From an uncultured Chthonomonadaceae bacterium (lineage in GTDB: Bacteria; Armatimonadota; Chthonomonadetes; Chthonomonadales; Chthonomonadaceae), in contig CAWIEK010000053.1 of NCBI GenBank assembly GCA_963835065.1, positions 508,595-572,594 on the forward strand: a stretch of 64,000 nucleotides of DNA. Reading direction: 5' to 3'. How positions within the stretch are numbered: the stretch's first letter is position 1; the number at the start of each line of letters is the position of its first letter. The position numbers and the translations under genes were made by a program. Positions 1 to 9,465 of this stretch are shown piece after piece. The notes beneath the pieces are model-generated. The model searched no databases. It was not told where the DNA came from and saw nothing but the letters and a program-made list of their open reading frames with translations.

Positions 1-1729
1 TGTAATACTGGCGCAGTTCCAGCGAGGATTTGCCAAAGTTGCCGCTCCCAAACACGCCCGGAATATCCGCGCCGTTGCCCACAGGCCGCAGGTTGGCGTG
101 TCCCAACGCCATTGTGAAGGACTGATAGCCGCCGCGTACCGCATCGTCCGGGAAATCGCGCGTATCGTGCAGCAGCAGGCCGCTCATCTGGAAAATCGGC
201 CCGTTTTGAAGAATTGTAGAACTCAGCCCGCTCAGGTCGGAAAGCGGATCGGTGCGCGTGTCCTCGCCTTTCAGGGTCAGTCCCGCCCGCAGCGTGTCGC
301 TCAAGGGCCGCAGAAACGCGATGCTGGCTCCCGTTCGTTGCTGATTGAACTGCCCATTTTGCAGCGACGATTGCGAATTGAACAGGCCGTTTTGCAGGCT
401 GGACGAAAACCGCGTGATGTTCTTGTCATACAGCGACAAGTCCATTTGCGTCCCCTTTTTGTCCACCCAGGGGCGCAGGTAATCGGCTTCCAGCGTATGC
501 TGCTTGAACGAACTGGTTCCTAATGCTCCCGTCAGGCTCAGGGTTTCGCCCCGCCCCCGGAAGTTATGCTCCACAATGGACGCGGTTCCCACCGGCCCGG
601 AACTCGCGCTGTAACTCAAACCGCCCAACACCTGCCCGCTCTTCTTTTCCGGCACGTTGTAGACAAGCGCGATTTTGCCCGGTCCCGCGCTGCGCTCTTC
701 CACCGTCACGTCTTCAAACAGGTCCGTCTTGTACACAGCCACGCGGTCACGCTGAACGGTAGCGCGATTGTAGTAATCGCCCTTTTTCGTTTTCAGTTCG
801 CGCAAAACCACTTCGGGGCGCGTTTTGTGGATTTTGGCAACTTTAATGTCGGAAACCCGCGCCACCACAAGCCGCGCTTTCAGGATTCCCTTTGAATCCA
901 GCCCCGCGTCCGGGTCGGGCGTGACGGCATAGCCGCGCTTGTTGTACAAATCCTGAATGTCGGAGCAGTCGCGGCGGAACTGGAACGGGTTGTACACCAT
1001 GCCCGGCTTGACGCGCAGCAGCGGCATAATGTCGGCCTCCTTGACCGGCCCGTTACCCTCTATAGCCACGCCCTTTACGGTATCGTTTTCGTCCACTTCG
1101 ACAATAACTTTGTACCGTTTCGCCGTTTTCGTATCTCCATCGCTTTTATCGGATTTATCTTTTTCGTCTTTGTCCTTGACGCTGTTCGCCATCGCCGCCA
1201 GAATCGGGTTGCGGTCTTCGGCAAGCTCAATGTGAACGCGCACGGCATCTTCGACAGACCCGCTGTGCATCCCGAAGAAGCCTTTCTGGAAGATATTGGC
1301 CCGCATTTCACTCAGCACCGACTCAATACAGGCATCGCCCGCATTGTGCCCGCTGAACAAAATAATGGCGGTTTGCGACAGGGTTTTGTTGCCGATAACG
1401 ACAATCTGCCCGATGCGCGGGGTATCCGGCGGCAAATCGGCTTCGGGTTCCGGCGCAAGCGCGGTAATGGGTTTGAGGATAGAGGAGGGTATGGCGGGAG
1501 CGGGTTTCGCGGCAGTGGTTTTGGCGTCTGTAGAGGGCGCGGGAGTCGTGGTTTGCGCCAGGCAGGAATGCCCGCCCAAAGCCAGCGCGCACAGGGTTGA
1601 CAGGGACAGCGTTGACAGGCGCAGAATAGAAGGCGCAATTACGAGACGTGAGGCGCGGCTGTAGCGATTACGCCGCGCCGTAACCGCCTCGAACGGCGCA
1701 GACACACAAGCAAGGGAGGTTTTCAGCAT
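1..1729 (-). CDS. Omp85/BamA-family outer membrane protein with POTRA domains, 3' end runs off the window
   Basis: Manually translated stop-free frame from ATG 1729 (GGAAGGAG upstream) to position 1. POTRA-like segments (IGQIVVIGNKTLS; KTRPEVVLRELKTKKGDYYNR) then barrel start (EHNFRGRGETL, DYLRPW, HDTRD). Absent from the ORF track because there is no stop in the window. Confidence 0.85.
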   Translation of the reverse strand, partial: MLKTSLACVSAPFEAVTARRNRYSRASRLVIAPSILRLSTLSLSTLCALALGGHSCLAQTTTPAPSTDAKTTAAKPAPAIPSSILKPITALAPEPEADLPPDTPRIGQIVVIGNKTLSQTAIILFSGHNAGDACIESVLSEMRANIFQKGFFGMHSGSVEDAVRVHIELAEDRNPILAAMANSVKDKDEKDKSDKSDGDTKTAKRYKVIVEVDENDTVKGVAIEGNGPVKEADIMPLLRVKPGMVYNPFQFRRDCSDIQDLYNKRGYAVTPDPDAGLDSKGILKARLVVARVSDIKVAKIHKTRPEVVLRELKTKKGDYYNRATVQRDRVAVYKTDLFEDVTVEERSAGPGKIALVYNVPEKKSGQVLGGLSYSASSGPVGTASIVEHNFRGRGETLSLTGALGTSSFKQHTLEADYLRPWVDKKGTQMDLSLYDKNITRFSSSLQNGLFNSQSSLQNGQFNQQRTGASIAFLRPLSDTLRAGLTLKGEDTRTDPLSDLSGLSSTILQNGPIFQMSGLLLHDTRDFPDDAVRGGYQSFTMALGHANLRPVGNGADIPGVFGSGNFGKSSLELRQYY

Positions 1730-2000
1730 CAACGTGGCTACTCCTTCCCATTTCCACGCCAGGCGGCGCGAAAATTTGCCGAGCAAGCGTCAGGAAAGAG
1801 GAATGGGAAAACAATCTGGCGAACATATTCTGACACATATTCGGTATTGACACCGATTTCTCCTGCTTGTAACGGAATTTCCGCCGAACTTTTTCCAATG
1901 AACATCGAGGAGCCGCATGGCAAGATTTTAATTCCTTGTCTGCCGCCTTTGACGCCGCAAAACCTCTCAAAAATATTCGTAAATCGTCTATACTAAATCA

Positions 2001-3710
2001 ATGCCAACTACGGAACCCTCGCCCCGCATGACGCTGTGCCTGGCGGTTGATTTGAAAAAATCAACCGTTGCCGGGCTGCGCCTGTCTACCAAGCGCCTCG
2101 ACCGCTTCAATCTCGCCCTGATACGGCAGTTAAGCCCGCACCTGCTTGCCGTCGGATTGGACAGGGCGTTCGTAAAGTTTACGGGGGACGGCTGGCTGGT
2201 GATTACGGATGATCCCGAAGACGCCGGGGCGCTGTGCTGCCTCGCCATCATTCTCGCCTGCCGCTTTCAGCCCGAAATGGCCGAAGATGCCGGTCTTGAT
2301 CTGGCAGATGTGCCGGCCCTGCGCCTGTCCGTCTGCTTTGGGCGCGATCTCGCCGTAGAATTGCCGAACGGACAGCGCGATTTCGTCGGCGACAGCGTCC
2401 GCCATGCCGTCCGCGCCTGCCAATTCTGCCATGACAACGAGGTTCTGGTGGACGATACCGTGTTGCGCTGGGTACACCACGATTTTGTCACCCAACGCCT
2501 GCCCCTCGAAGACCGCCGCGCCGAATTCCCCGACGCCAAACTCGAACACGATATGTCGTTCCACATTGTCGAAGAACTGCGCGCCGAATCCGTTCTGGAC
2601 AGCGAAGCGCCGGAGCATTTCGTCAACACGCTGACGGTTATCGGGCGCATGGGGGACGCGAAAGCGCTGGCGGGGCGAGTGGCAACGACGCTGCAAACGG
2701 ATGCGGAGGGCACAAACGCCGACCAGCAGGAATTGAACGAGCGCTTTAATCGCCTGCTGTCGAGCCATCTGGATTACGAGACGGTCAACCGCCTGCTGCG
2801 CGACATGCGCGAAGCCGGACTGCGCCCCGATGTGCGAACGTTCAACAACCTCATCGCCAAGTCCGGCGACCACGATACGCAGTGCCGCTGGCTGCAGCGG
2901 ATGCGGCAGGAAGGCGTTCTGCCGGACGTGCAGACGTTCACCATCCTGATAGAGCAGGCCGCAAGCGAGGCGATGGTAACGCGCTGGCTGACCCGGATGC
3001 GCAGAGCAGGCGTCGTGCCGGACACGTATCTGCTGAACGCGCTGATTGACCGCGCCCCTGACTACGAAGGGGTTGCCGCGCGGTTCGCGCAGATGCAGGA
3101 ATGGGGCGTGTGTCCCAACGCCACCACGTATGACCTGCTCATCGAAAAATCGCCGGACGTGACAACGGGGCAAAAGTGGATCGAGCGCATGTTTGAAGCC
3201 GACATCGCGCCCGGTGAAGTGTCGTTTCGCTCCCTGTTTTCCAAGAATTTAAGCGGCGTAAATGCCGACGAACTGCTGGCATGGTTTTTGCGTCAGCCGA
3301 CCCATCCCGTCAACGCCATCTGGCGCGCGATTGCCGAGTATCGCAAGGCAGGCCGCATAGACGACGCCCTGCGCCTGTGCCTCGACTACCCGTACACGCA
3401 GGCCGCGCAGCGCATTTTCCGCGCCCACCCGGATCGAACGCTCGCCTACTTCCAATCCATTCTGCAGTGGGAGCCGAACCACGCAAACGGCGCGTATGCG
3501 CTAGGCCAAGCTCTGCTCACGCTGAACCGCGCTCCTGAAGCCCTCCCCTGGCTGCAAAAAGCGTTCGCGCTGGCCTCGCCCGGCCCCCGCCGCGAAGAAC
3601 TGACCCGCTATCTGGAACAGGTACAAAACACGGCTTGCAAGAAGGTTGCTGAAAATACTTTTTCTGCTGTTCAAACGAGCAGGGATTTTGTAAAGGCTGT
3701 ATGCTTATGA
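2001..3710 (+). CDS. Class III nucleotidyl cyclase-like domain + five 32-aa PPR-like repeats + C-terminal TPR
   Basis: AVDLKKST, VKFTGDG and RDFVGDSVRHAVR cyclase motifs; repeats of type MRxxGxxPDxxTFxxLI at 2736-3215; TPR-like AYALGQALLTLNRAPEALPWLQKAFAL. Confidence 0.8.
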   Translation: MPTTEPSPRMTLCLAVDLKKSTVAGLRLSTKRLDRFNLALIRQLSPHLLAVGLDRAFVKFTGDGWLVITDDPEDAGALCCLAIILACRFQPEMAEDAGLDLADVPALRLSVCFGRDLAVELPNGQRDFVGDSVRHAVRACQFCHDNEVLVDDTVLRWVHHDFVTQRLPLEDRRAEFPDAKLEHDMSFHIVEELRAESVLDSEAPEHFVNTLTVIGRMGDAKALAGRVATTLQTDAEGTNADQQELNERFNRLLSSHLDYETVNRLLRDMREAGLRPDVRTFNNLIAKSGDHDTQCRWLQRMRQEGVLPDVQTFTILIEQAASEAMVTRWLTRMRRAGVVPDTYLLNALIDRAPDYEGVAARFAQMQEWGVCPNATTYDLLIEKSPDVTTGQKWIERMFEADIAPGEVSFRSLFSKNLSGVNADELLAWFLRQPTHPVNAIWRAIAEYRKAGRIDDALRLCLDYPYTQAAQRIFRAHPDRTLAYFQSILQWEPNHANGAYALGQALLTLNRAPEALPWLQKAFALASPGPRREELTRYLEQVQNTACKKVAENTFSAVQTSRDFVKAVCL

Positions 3711-5835
3711 ATGAGACAGTTACGCCTCTTATAACCGTAGATGAAGCTTGTGAACTGAATGAGGACGAGCGGCTGCAACTCCTGAAAGAACGATGGAACT
3801 TGGAACTGCCCATTGTTTTTGGGCGCGTAACATGGCATCAGCGTGGCTATTGGGTGCTAAGTGGTGTGTGCGGCCCTAACATGACACCATTAGAGTACCC
3901 TTTGTCAGACTACAACGGATATGTGGTAGATGAGGTATACATAGGGGAAGAACCCAACATCACCCGTCACTAGAAGGAACATTCGCACGTATAACTTTTG
4001 ATATTGCACCGCATGGTGCTCGTCGAAGACGAAAAAATCCGTTACTTATTTGTGCTGTGCAAGAGAGCCTGACGCAGTACGAAAACATTCGAGCCATAGA
4101 TGCAGTAGCAGGCTTGGACGGCAGCATTTGGGTTGAGGAGTTTGTTAAACAAGACTACCTTCAACGAAAACGGAAACAGTGGGATGAGGTGCTTCGCCCG
4201 TTAGAAAAACGAGTTGAAGAGTTAAAGCCTGAATGTGAGAATTTAGAGAATCAGGTTGTGAGATTCCAACAGGATGTTGATTCCCTGACAACGAGTGTAG
4301 CAATACTCGAAGAGAAGAAACAGATAATGACGAAAAATGTAGAGCAGCTAACGGCGTTTGTTAAGCAACAGGCAACTCGTCTCAGAGATTTGGATTTCAT
4401 TACGGAGGACCAATACAGGCGTCTCATCGGCGAAGATAACTCTAAGCCACCGCAAGAGCCGTACCTTGAGTTCTCGAAAAACCTCAGCAAAAACTTTCCC
4501 AAACTTGTTTCTACCATTCAGGCATATCTACATGAGCAGGGCAAATTGTATCCACGCTATCTTCTCACAGATTTCCTGACCCTGCTGCGCACTCACGACT
4601 TTATTGTTTTGGCGGGATTGTCAGGATCGGGGAAAACGCAACTCGTTAAAGCATTTGCTGACGCGACGCATGGTGTCGCCCATATCATTCCTGTCAAGCC
4701 GAATTGGACGAGCGCAGAAGACCTCCTGGGCTACTATAATCCTATCCAACGCACATATCTCACCACGCCATTTCTAGAAGCGCTGATGCAAGCTAAAAAC
4801 GATCCAGAACGTTTGCACCTGATCTGTCTTGATGAAATGAATCTGGCACGAGTGGAATACTACTTTGCAGATTTCTTATCATGTCTGGAAGAGCGAGAGC
4901 AGGCGCCTGTAATCAATCTTTACTCGCCGGACGAGGCTAATCACGTATTATCGGAGTTCAAGGGCTTCCTTAACCTTGTGGATGACGCAATTTCCAGCCA
5001 GCCGGACACAAAAGTTGAAAAGTTCGGCGACCTCATGTTGAATGAGGCCCTCAACAAGCGGCTTCAGGAACTACTTGGCACGGGGGAAAAGGAACATATT
5101 ATCGGGCTGCACAACCGCCTGCGTCGCCTTGTAGCGGGTGTACTCAATGTTCCCGCAACTTTTACTTTGCCGCTTAACGTCCGTATTCTTGGGACTGTCA
5201 ACGTTGATGAGACAACTCATTATCTCGCGCCAAAAGTATTGGATCGTGCTCATGTACTCCGCTTCATAAGCCCTCTCGAATATGATACAGACAAGATCGC
5301 CGAAGAAGTTGACTCAGCCAAAACCAGTAGGGTGTGGCTCACCCCGGACGACCTTCGATCTCCACGGGAGTCATACCCAAAGTTCAACAAGAATGACTTC
5401 GTTGCTAAGTATCTCATTCAGTGGAGGCAAGACTTTCTCGCACCGCTCGGAATGGACATCGGCCTGCGCACGATTCGACAAGCGCTTCATTACTGTAACC
5501 TTTTTATGGAAGCGGTTGCTGAGGGTTCTGACGATGAGAAGAAGCAGGCTGCGCTCAATGCTGCGCTCAATAATATCCTTTTGCATAAAATTCTCCCTCG
5601 CTTTTCATTCGATGGCCGCAGCAAGGTTGAAGCCAGTATTGCGCCCGACACCGCAGCAGGCACAGATGTAACAAAGCAATCGTTGGTTGTAACATTCCGG
5701 GCAGATGTGGAGAAGAACATAGGGTTAGGAAAACTGCCTGAAAACCTCGTACCCACTCTGAACGCCGTCACAGAGATAGGGCGGCTTGTAGCACGGGCTG
5801 AAAACAACGACGCGGTGTTCAACTACTGGAGCTAG
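3707..5835 (+). CDS. McrB-like AAA+ NTPase with N-terminal domain and coiled coil; split by one frameshift near 3945-3970
   Basis: Walker A GLSGSGKT, Walker B ICLDEMNLARVEYYF, McrB-type GTVNVDETT, KVLDRAH. The main frame is open from 3934 and overlaps the 3701/3707-3973 ORF, consistent with a single gene. Confidence 0.85.
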
Positions 5836-5848
5836 TCATCCGCGCTGT

Positions 5849-8521
5849 TTGACGTTTCATGCAACAGGAAGCCTTGCCATGACTGCTAATTTTCAACTGC
5901 ACTACGTATCGCTGCAATACAGTTCAGGTAAAACTCTTCTGTCACTTACGGCGTCTCACTTTCCCCTTTCGGTTACGAGCGATGGAACCAAGTTCACAGC
6001 AAAGGCAGTCATTTATCCTGACGTTGCTGGAAGACCCGCACAACTAGGCGTAAGCAGTGCCTGCCGTCCCCAAATATGTCGTCCAGACGGAACACTTGTA
6101 CCTATGCGGCGAGTTGTCAAACCTTGTTCAAATGAGGCGTACTGGATTGAAGACGGTAGTTGGGAGGAAAGCTATAAAAACTACACGGCGGAAACCCGAA
6201 ACAAACCCGGACTGTTCAAATTCGAATGCGATGATCAGCAATGCGAAGTAGATATTTCTGTAGAGTCGCGCCCTTTCTCAGAAGCAGAATACTTGTCACT
6301 ACTTGACGATTTTCAGCAGTCCCTGTTCGGTCTCGTAGTAGACCCACAAGGTTCGGTCAGCCACGTTTCGTCGAAACAAGTGCCAATATTTAGCAGAGAA
6401 GTTGAACAATTGTTTCGTGACTTCATCAAATACGCCACACAGATCACAGACGCGCCCACACATGAATTGCGAGAGACACAGGAACTTAGGCGGCCTAGTC
6501 GTGTGAAACCTGTGCGTCGCACGTTCATGGAGATTGCCTGTAAGGGAATGCCTGACAAGTTGACAAGCCGTGCTCATCAGGCATCTTATAACACTCCTGA
6601 AAACCGCTACGTGGCGGCTCTGGTAAACAGAGTGCATCGGGTTGTAAAAAACGCGACAAAGATGTTAGAGGGAAGGCAACGCACACTGGAACGTGCCCAC
6701 CAAAGAAATCGTGACCGTATCATTGAAATTGACCGTATCGAAGCGGATGGGTGGCAATATGTCATTGATCAGGACCAGATGGATTATGAGTTACAGGAAG
6801 CGCAAAGACAATCGGAAGCTTGGCAGCAGCGGCAATTGGAAGAATGGGAGCAACAAGTAAACAGAATAATTAAGGCTCAACCTGTAAGGGAGAAAGCACC
6901 TGTCAAGAACTTGCGAATTAAGACTGTCTTTGCCCCACCCAAGAAGATACAAAATGAAGAAGGCATGCATATTAAAATTAAATGTCGGTTGCAAACAAAG
7001 ACAGACTTTGAAGACCAATCTTTCAACCTCTACATACCTGCTCACTTGTGGTTCCCTGGTCTATTTGATGACAAGATGGAGTATGATATTACGGTTGACT
7101 ATGACTACAAGGGGTCGGAACATGTACTTTCTGTGAAATTTCTTAGTTCCGTTGTCATAGTGGATACACAGCTCTTTCGAAGAGATACACCGCACTTCCA
7201 ATTGGTTGCAAAACTGAAGACTTTGCGAACGAAACTAAAGAGTACCGGCTGGAAGCAACCCATGACAGCCAAAATGATCCACGACCTAAAAGCAGAACGT
7301 CAGGTTCTCGAAAACCGCACTTTGTCAGATACGTCTTCACCCCTTGATAGCCACATACACAACCTCGGCGCGTTAGAGCGACAACTCACGTCGCTTCAGA
7401 AGCGTCAAAAGTCTTTGGGCATCAAGCAGGATGCTCATTTCCCGGGTTCAATTATCTTTGTGCAAAATCCGCTGTATTCCGGCCTCAAATCCTCCTATGG
7501 GCAGCTACTGGTCAAAGGCGAGATCAATGAGGACTTAATGGAGCAGATTACTGGATTGGATGCGCTAGGCATAATTGACCTGCCGACAATTTACGAAAAA
7601 TGGTGCATGGTCAAGTTCATGGATTGTATCATTCGGGATTGCAATTTTATACCTCAAAACAAGAATTGGGTGGATGAGATCGTCTTCACGGCATCAGGGA
7701 AACGAGGAAGGTTTGAATGTGAGTTTAAACACGAGCATCTTCCATACTGTATTCGGTTTTCCTATCAGGAGGCCAGGAGAAACTACGCCTTCAACGAGAA
7801 TCAGACGAGGACATTTGTACCCGACTTTGTTTTTCAATTCTCACATCAAGAACAAAACATTTGGACGGACTTTGCGACTCTGGTATGTGATGCGAAGTGT
7901 AAGAACTTCGCACTCAATAAACCAACTGCTCTGGCTGATGATGCCTGGAACATTGATAAGAAGTACCGTCGAACTCCGCAAGACTTTATCTTCGTCGTCC
8001 ACCCTGCACAAGGCGCTATCAAGCGCCCACGTACAAGTCTGCTTCAAGTATGGGGGCAATCCTCCTTCTATGGGGGGAGTTGGCCGCCTGACTGGAAATT
8101 TCTTACAGATGGAGGGCGTGAGGAAAGGACACGATGGGTAGATCAACAGACGCCAAACCACCGGTTAGGGGCAATACTCTTAAAGCCACTCTCACAGGAG
8201 AGTATAGCCGACACGGACAACTTCAGGCGGCTTGTGCTAATGCTGCTGGAATATGGTTCACAACACAAAGAGCCTTTGTTTTGTTGCGCCTGCGGCAGTA
8301 CAGATTTGAAAAAAGAACAGCAGTACGCAGGGCATAAATTGACTTGTCGTGACTGTGGTGAATTCGCTATTTACACCCACTGCAACAACCTTCAGTGTAG
8401 TATGGGGACTCTAGGCAAACATGCTAACCTATACAAACACGGCACGTATTGGACGTTCCATGACTTTCACCCTACCGCCCCGTACAACATACGTTGTCCG
8501 CAGTGTGGCAGCACATTATAA
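5849..8521 (+). CDS. McrC-like (DUF2357-type) PD-(D/E)xK nuclease with coiled-coil insertion and C-terminal Cys-rich zinc ribbons
   Basis: SYNTPENRYV motif; IYEKWC; PDFVF...CDAKCK; CCACG, CRDCG, HCNNLQC, CPQCG; directly downstream of the McrB-like gene. Start may be ATG 5879. Confidence 0.8.
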   Translation: MTFHATGSLAMTANFQLHYVSLQYSSGKTLLSLTASHFPLSVTSDGTKFTAKAVIYPDVAGRPAQLGVSSACRPQICRPDGTLVPMRRVVKPCSNEAYWIEDGSWEESYKNYTAETRNKPGLFKFECDDQQCEVDISVESRPFSEAEYLSLLDDFQQSLFGLVVDPQGSVSHVSSKQVPIFSREVEQLFRDFIKYATQITDAPTHELRETQELRRPSRVKPVRRTFMEIACKGMPDKLTSRAHQASYNTPENRYVAALVNRVHRVVKNATKMLEGRQRTLERAHQRNRDRIIEIDRIEADGWQYVIDQDQMDYELQEAQRQSEAWQQRQLEEWEQQVNRIIKAQPVREKAPVKNLRIKTVFAPPKKIQNEEGMHIKIKCRLQTKTDFEDQSFNLYIPAHLWFPGLFDDKMEYDITVDYDYKGSEHVLSVKFLSSVVIVDTQLFRRDTPHFQLVAKLKTLRTKLKSTGWKQPMTAKMIHDLKAERQVLENRTLSDTSSPLDSHIHNLGALERQLTSLQKRQKSLGIKQDAHFPGSIIFVQNPLYSGLKSSYGQLLVKGEINEDLMEQITGLDALGIIDLPTIYEKWCMVKFMDCIIRDCNFIPQNKNWVDEIVFTASGKRGRFECEFKHEHLPYCIRFSYQEARRNYAFNENQTRTFVPDFVFQFSHQEQNIWTDFATLVCDAKCKNFALNKPTALADDAWNIDKKYRRTPQDFIFVVHPAQGAIKRPRTSLLQVWGQSSFYGGSWPPDWKFLTDGGREERTRWVDQQTPNHRLGAILLKPLSQESIADTDNFRRLVLMLLEYGSQHKEPLFCCACGSTDLKKEQQYAGHKLTCRDCGEFAIYTHCNNLQCSMGTLGKHANLYKHGTYWTFHDFHPTAPYNIRCPQCGSTL

Positions 8522-8566
8522 GGCACATTGGTTTGATTTCAGACTTCATTCTTGATTTTATAATGT

Positions 8567-8980
8567 TTACTCACTCCACGCGATATTTTGTGCGGCAAGA
8601 TGTGTTCGGATACGCGCAAACTCCTGATCGTGGTACGTCGCCGCCTCCTCTGATGTTGGCTGCCACAGAGCATAACGAACCAATTTGCTCGCCTCTTCCA
8701 GTGCAATATAGTCGGCTTCCATACGGCCCAAATGCTTTTTCACGTACTTGATGCGTTCGTTATGATTCGCGGGAAGTGGTTCCTGGAGACGTCCGCTTTT
8801 TGCAATGGCATGGGCTTGTACAAGCTGCAGAGCGGCATAGAACAGCACCACCAGCGCCCATCCGGCATCTTCCGGCGTTTGCAGAAAGCGTTGGTAACGC
8901 TGGTAGTTCCCTCGCGCGCCATCAATATGCTTGCGCGCTTGCTTTCCCGGCTGCAGCTGTGGCAGTTGTCTGGAGGGCAT
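8567..8980 (-). CDS. HEPN-like domain protein (putative toxin)
   Basis: WALVVLFYAALQLVQA...NHNER...YIALEEASKLVRY pattern typical of small HEPN proteins. Confidence 0.65.
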   Translation of the reverse strand: MPSRQLPQLQPGKQARKHIDGARGNYQRYQRFLQTPEDAGWALVVLFYAALQLVQAHAIAKSGRLQEPLPANHNERIKYVKKHLGRMEADYIALEEASKLVRYALWQPTSEEAATYHDQEFARIRTHLAAQNIAWSE

Positions 8981-8995
8981 GAACGCCTGCTTTCT

Positions 8996-9418
8996 CTACA
9001 CGTCGGCAAAGCGCGGGTTGTTCGCGGCCTCATCAAGTTCACGCCGGGGGCGAAACTCTATATTTATGATGGCATCAGGGTACTTGCGATACAAGTCGCC
9101 GCGTAATTTAACGATCTTATAAAATGCCTCGCTTCGTATTTCGGGAACCTCGATGCGGTATATCGGCTCCCACTCGTTTTCACCTGCGCGCAACGTCATA
9201 GAGGCGTCCCCTATCTTTACGGCACGTTCACGGAAAATGCGGTTAGCAATTTGCGTTTGCGTTTCTGCCAGTACCGGCGCTGGCGTACCCGATGCAACGC
9301 TCTGCCCATCATCCGCAGGGGAAGCGGACTTGGCAGGCGTTTGTTCCGCCGCCTTTTTGCCTGTCCGCCTGCGCTCCGGCTTCGGAAAATAGCGCCCCGG
9401 TTTTAATTGGGTTTCCAT
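8996..9418 (-). CDS. Hypothetical protein, putative antitoxin partner of the HEPN protein
   Basis: 140-aa ORF immediately upstream of and co-oriented with the HEPN gene; AAGGAAGAG before ATG. Confidence 0.5.
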   Translation of the reverse strand: METQLKPGRYFPKPERRRTGKKAAEQTPAKSASPADDGQSVASGTPAPVLAETQTQIANRIFRERAVKIGDASMTLRAGENEWEPIYRIEVPEIRSEAFYKIVKLRGDLYRKYPDAIINIEFRPRRELDEAANNPRFADV

Positions 9419-9465
9419 GATGCCTGGCTCTTCCTTTTATTCGTGGCCTGCCCTGTCCAACACTT

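Noticed and set aside
1823..1842. ACATATTC direct repeat between bamA and the cyclase gene as a regulator site
   Set aside because: Only two 8-mers and no linked regulator; too weak to call
3701..3973. Independent 90-aa gene
   Set aside because: The McrB frame is open from 3934 and overlaps it; better explained as the McrB N-terminus split by an indel
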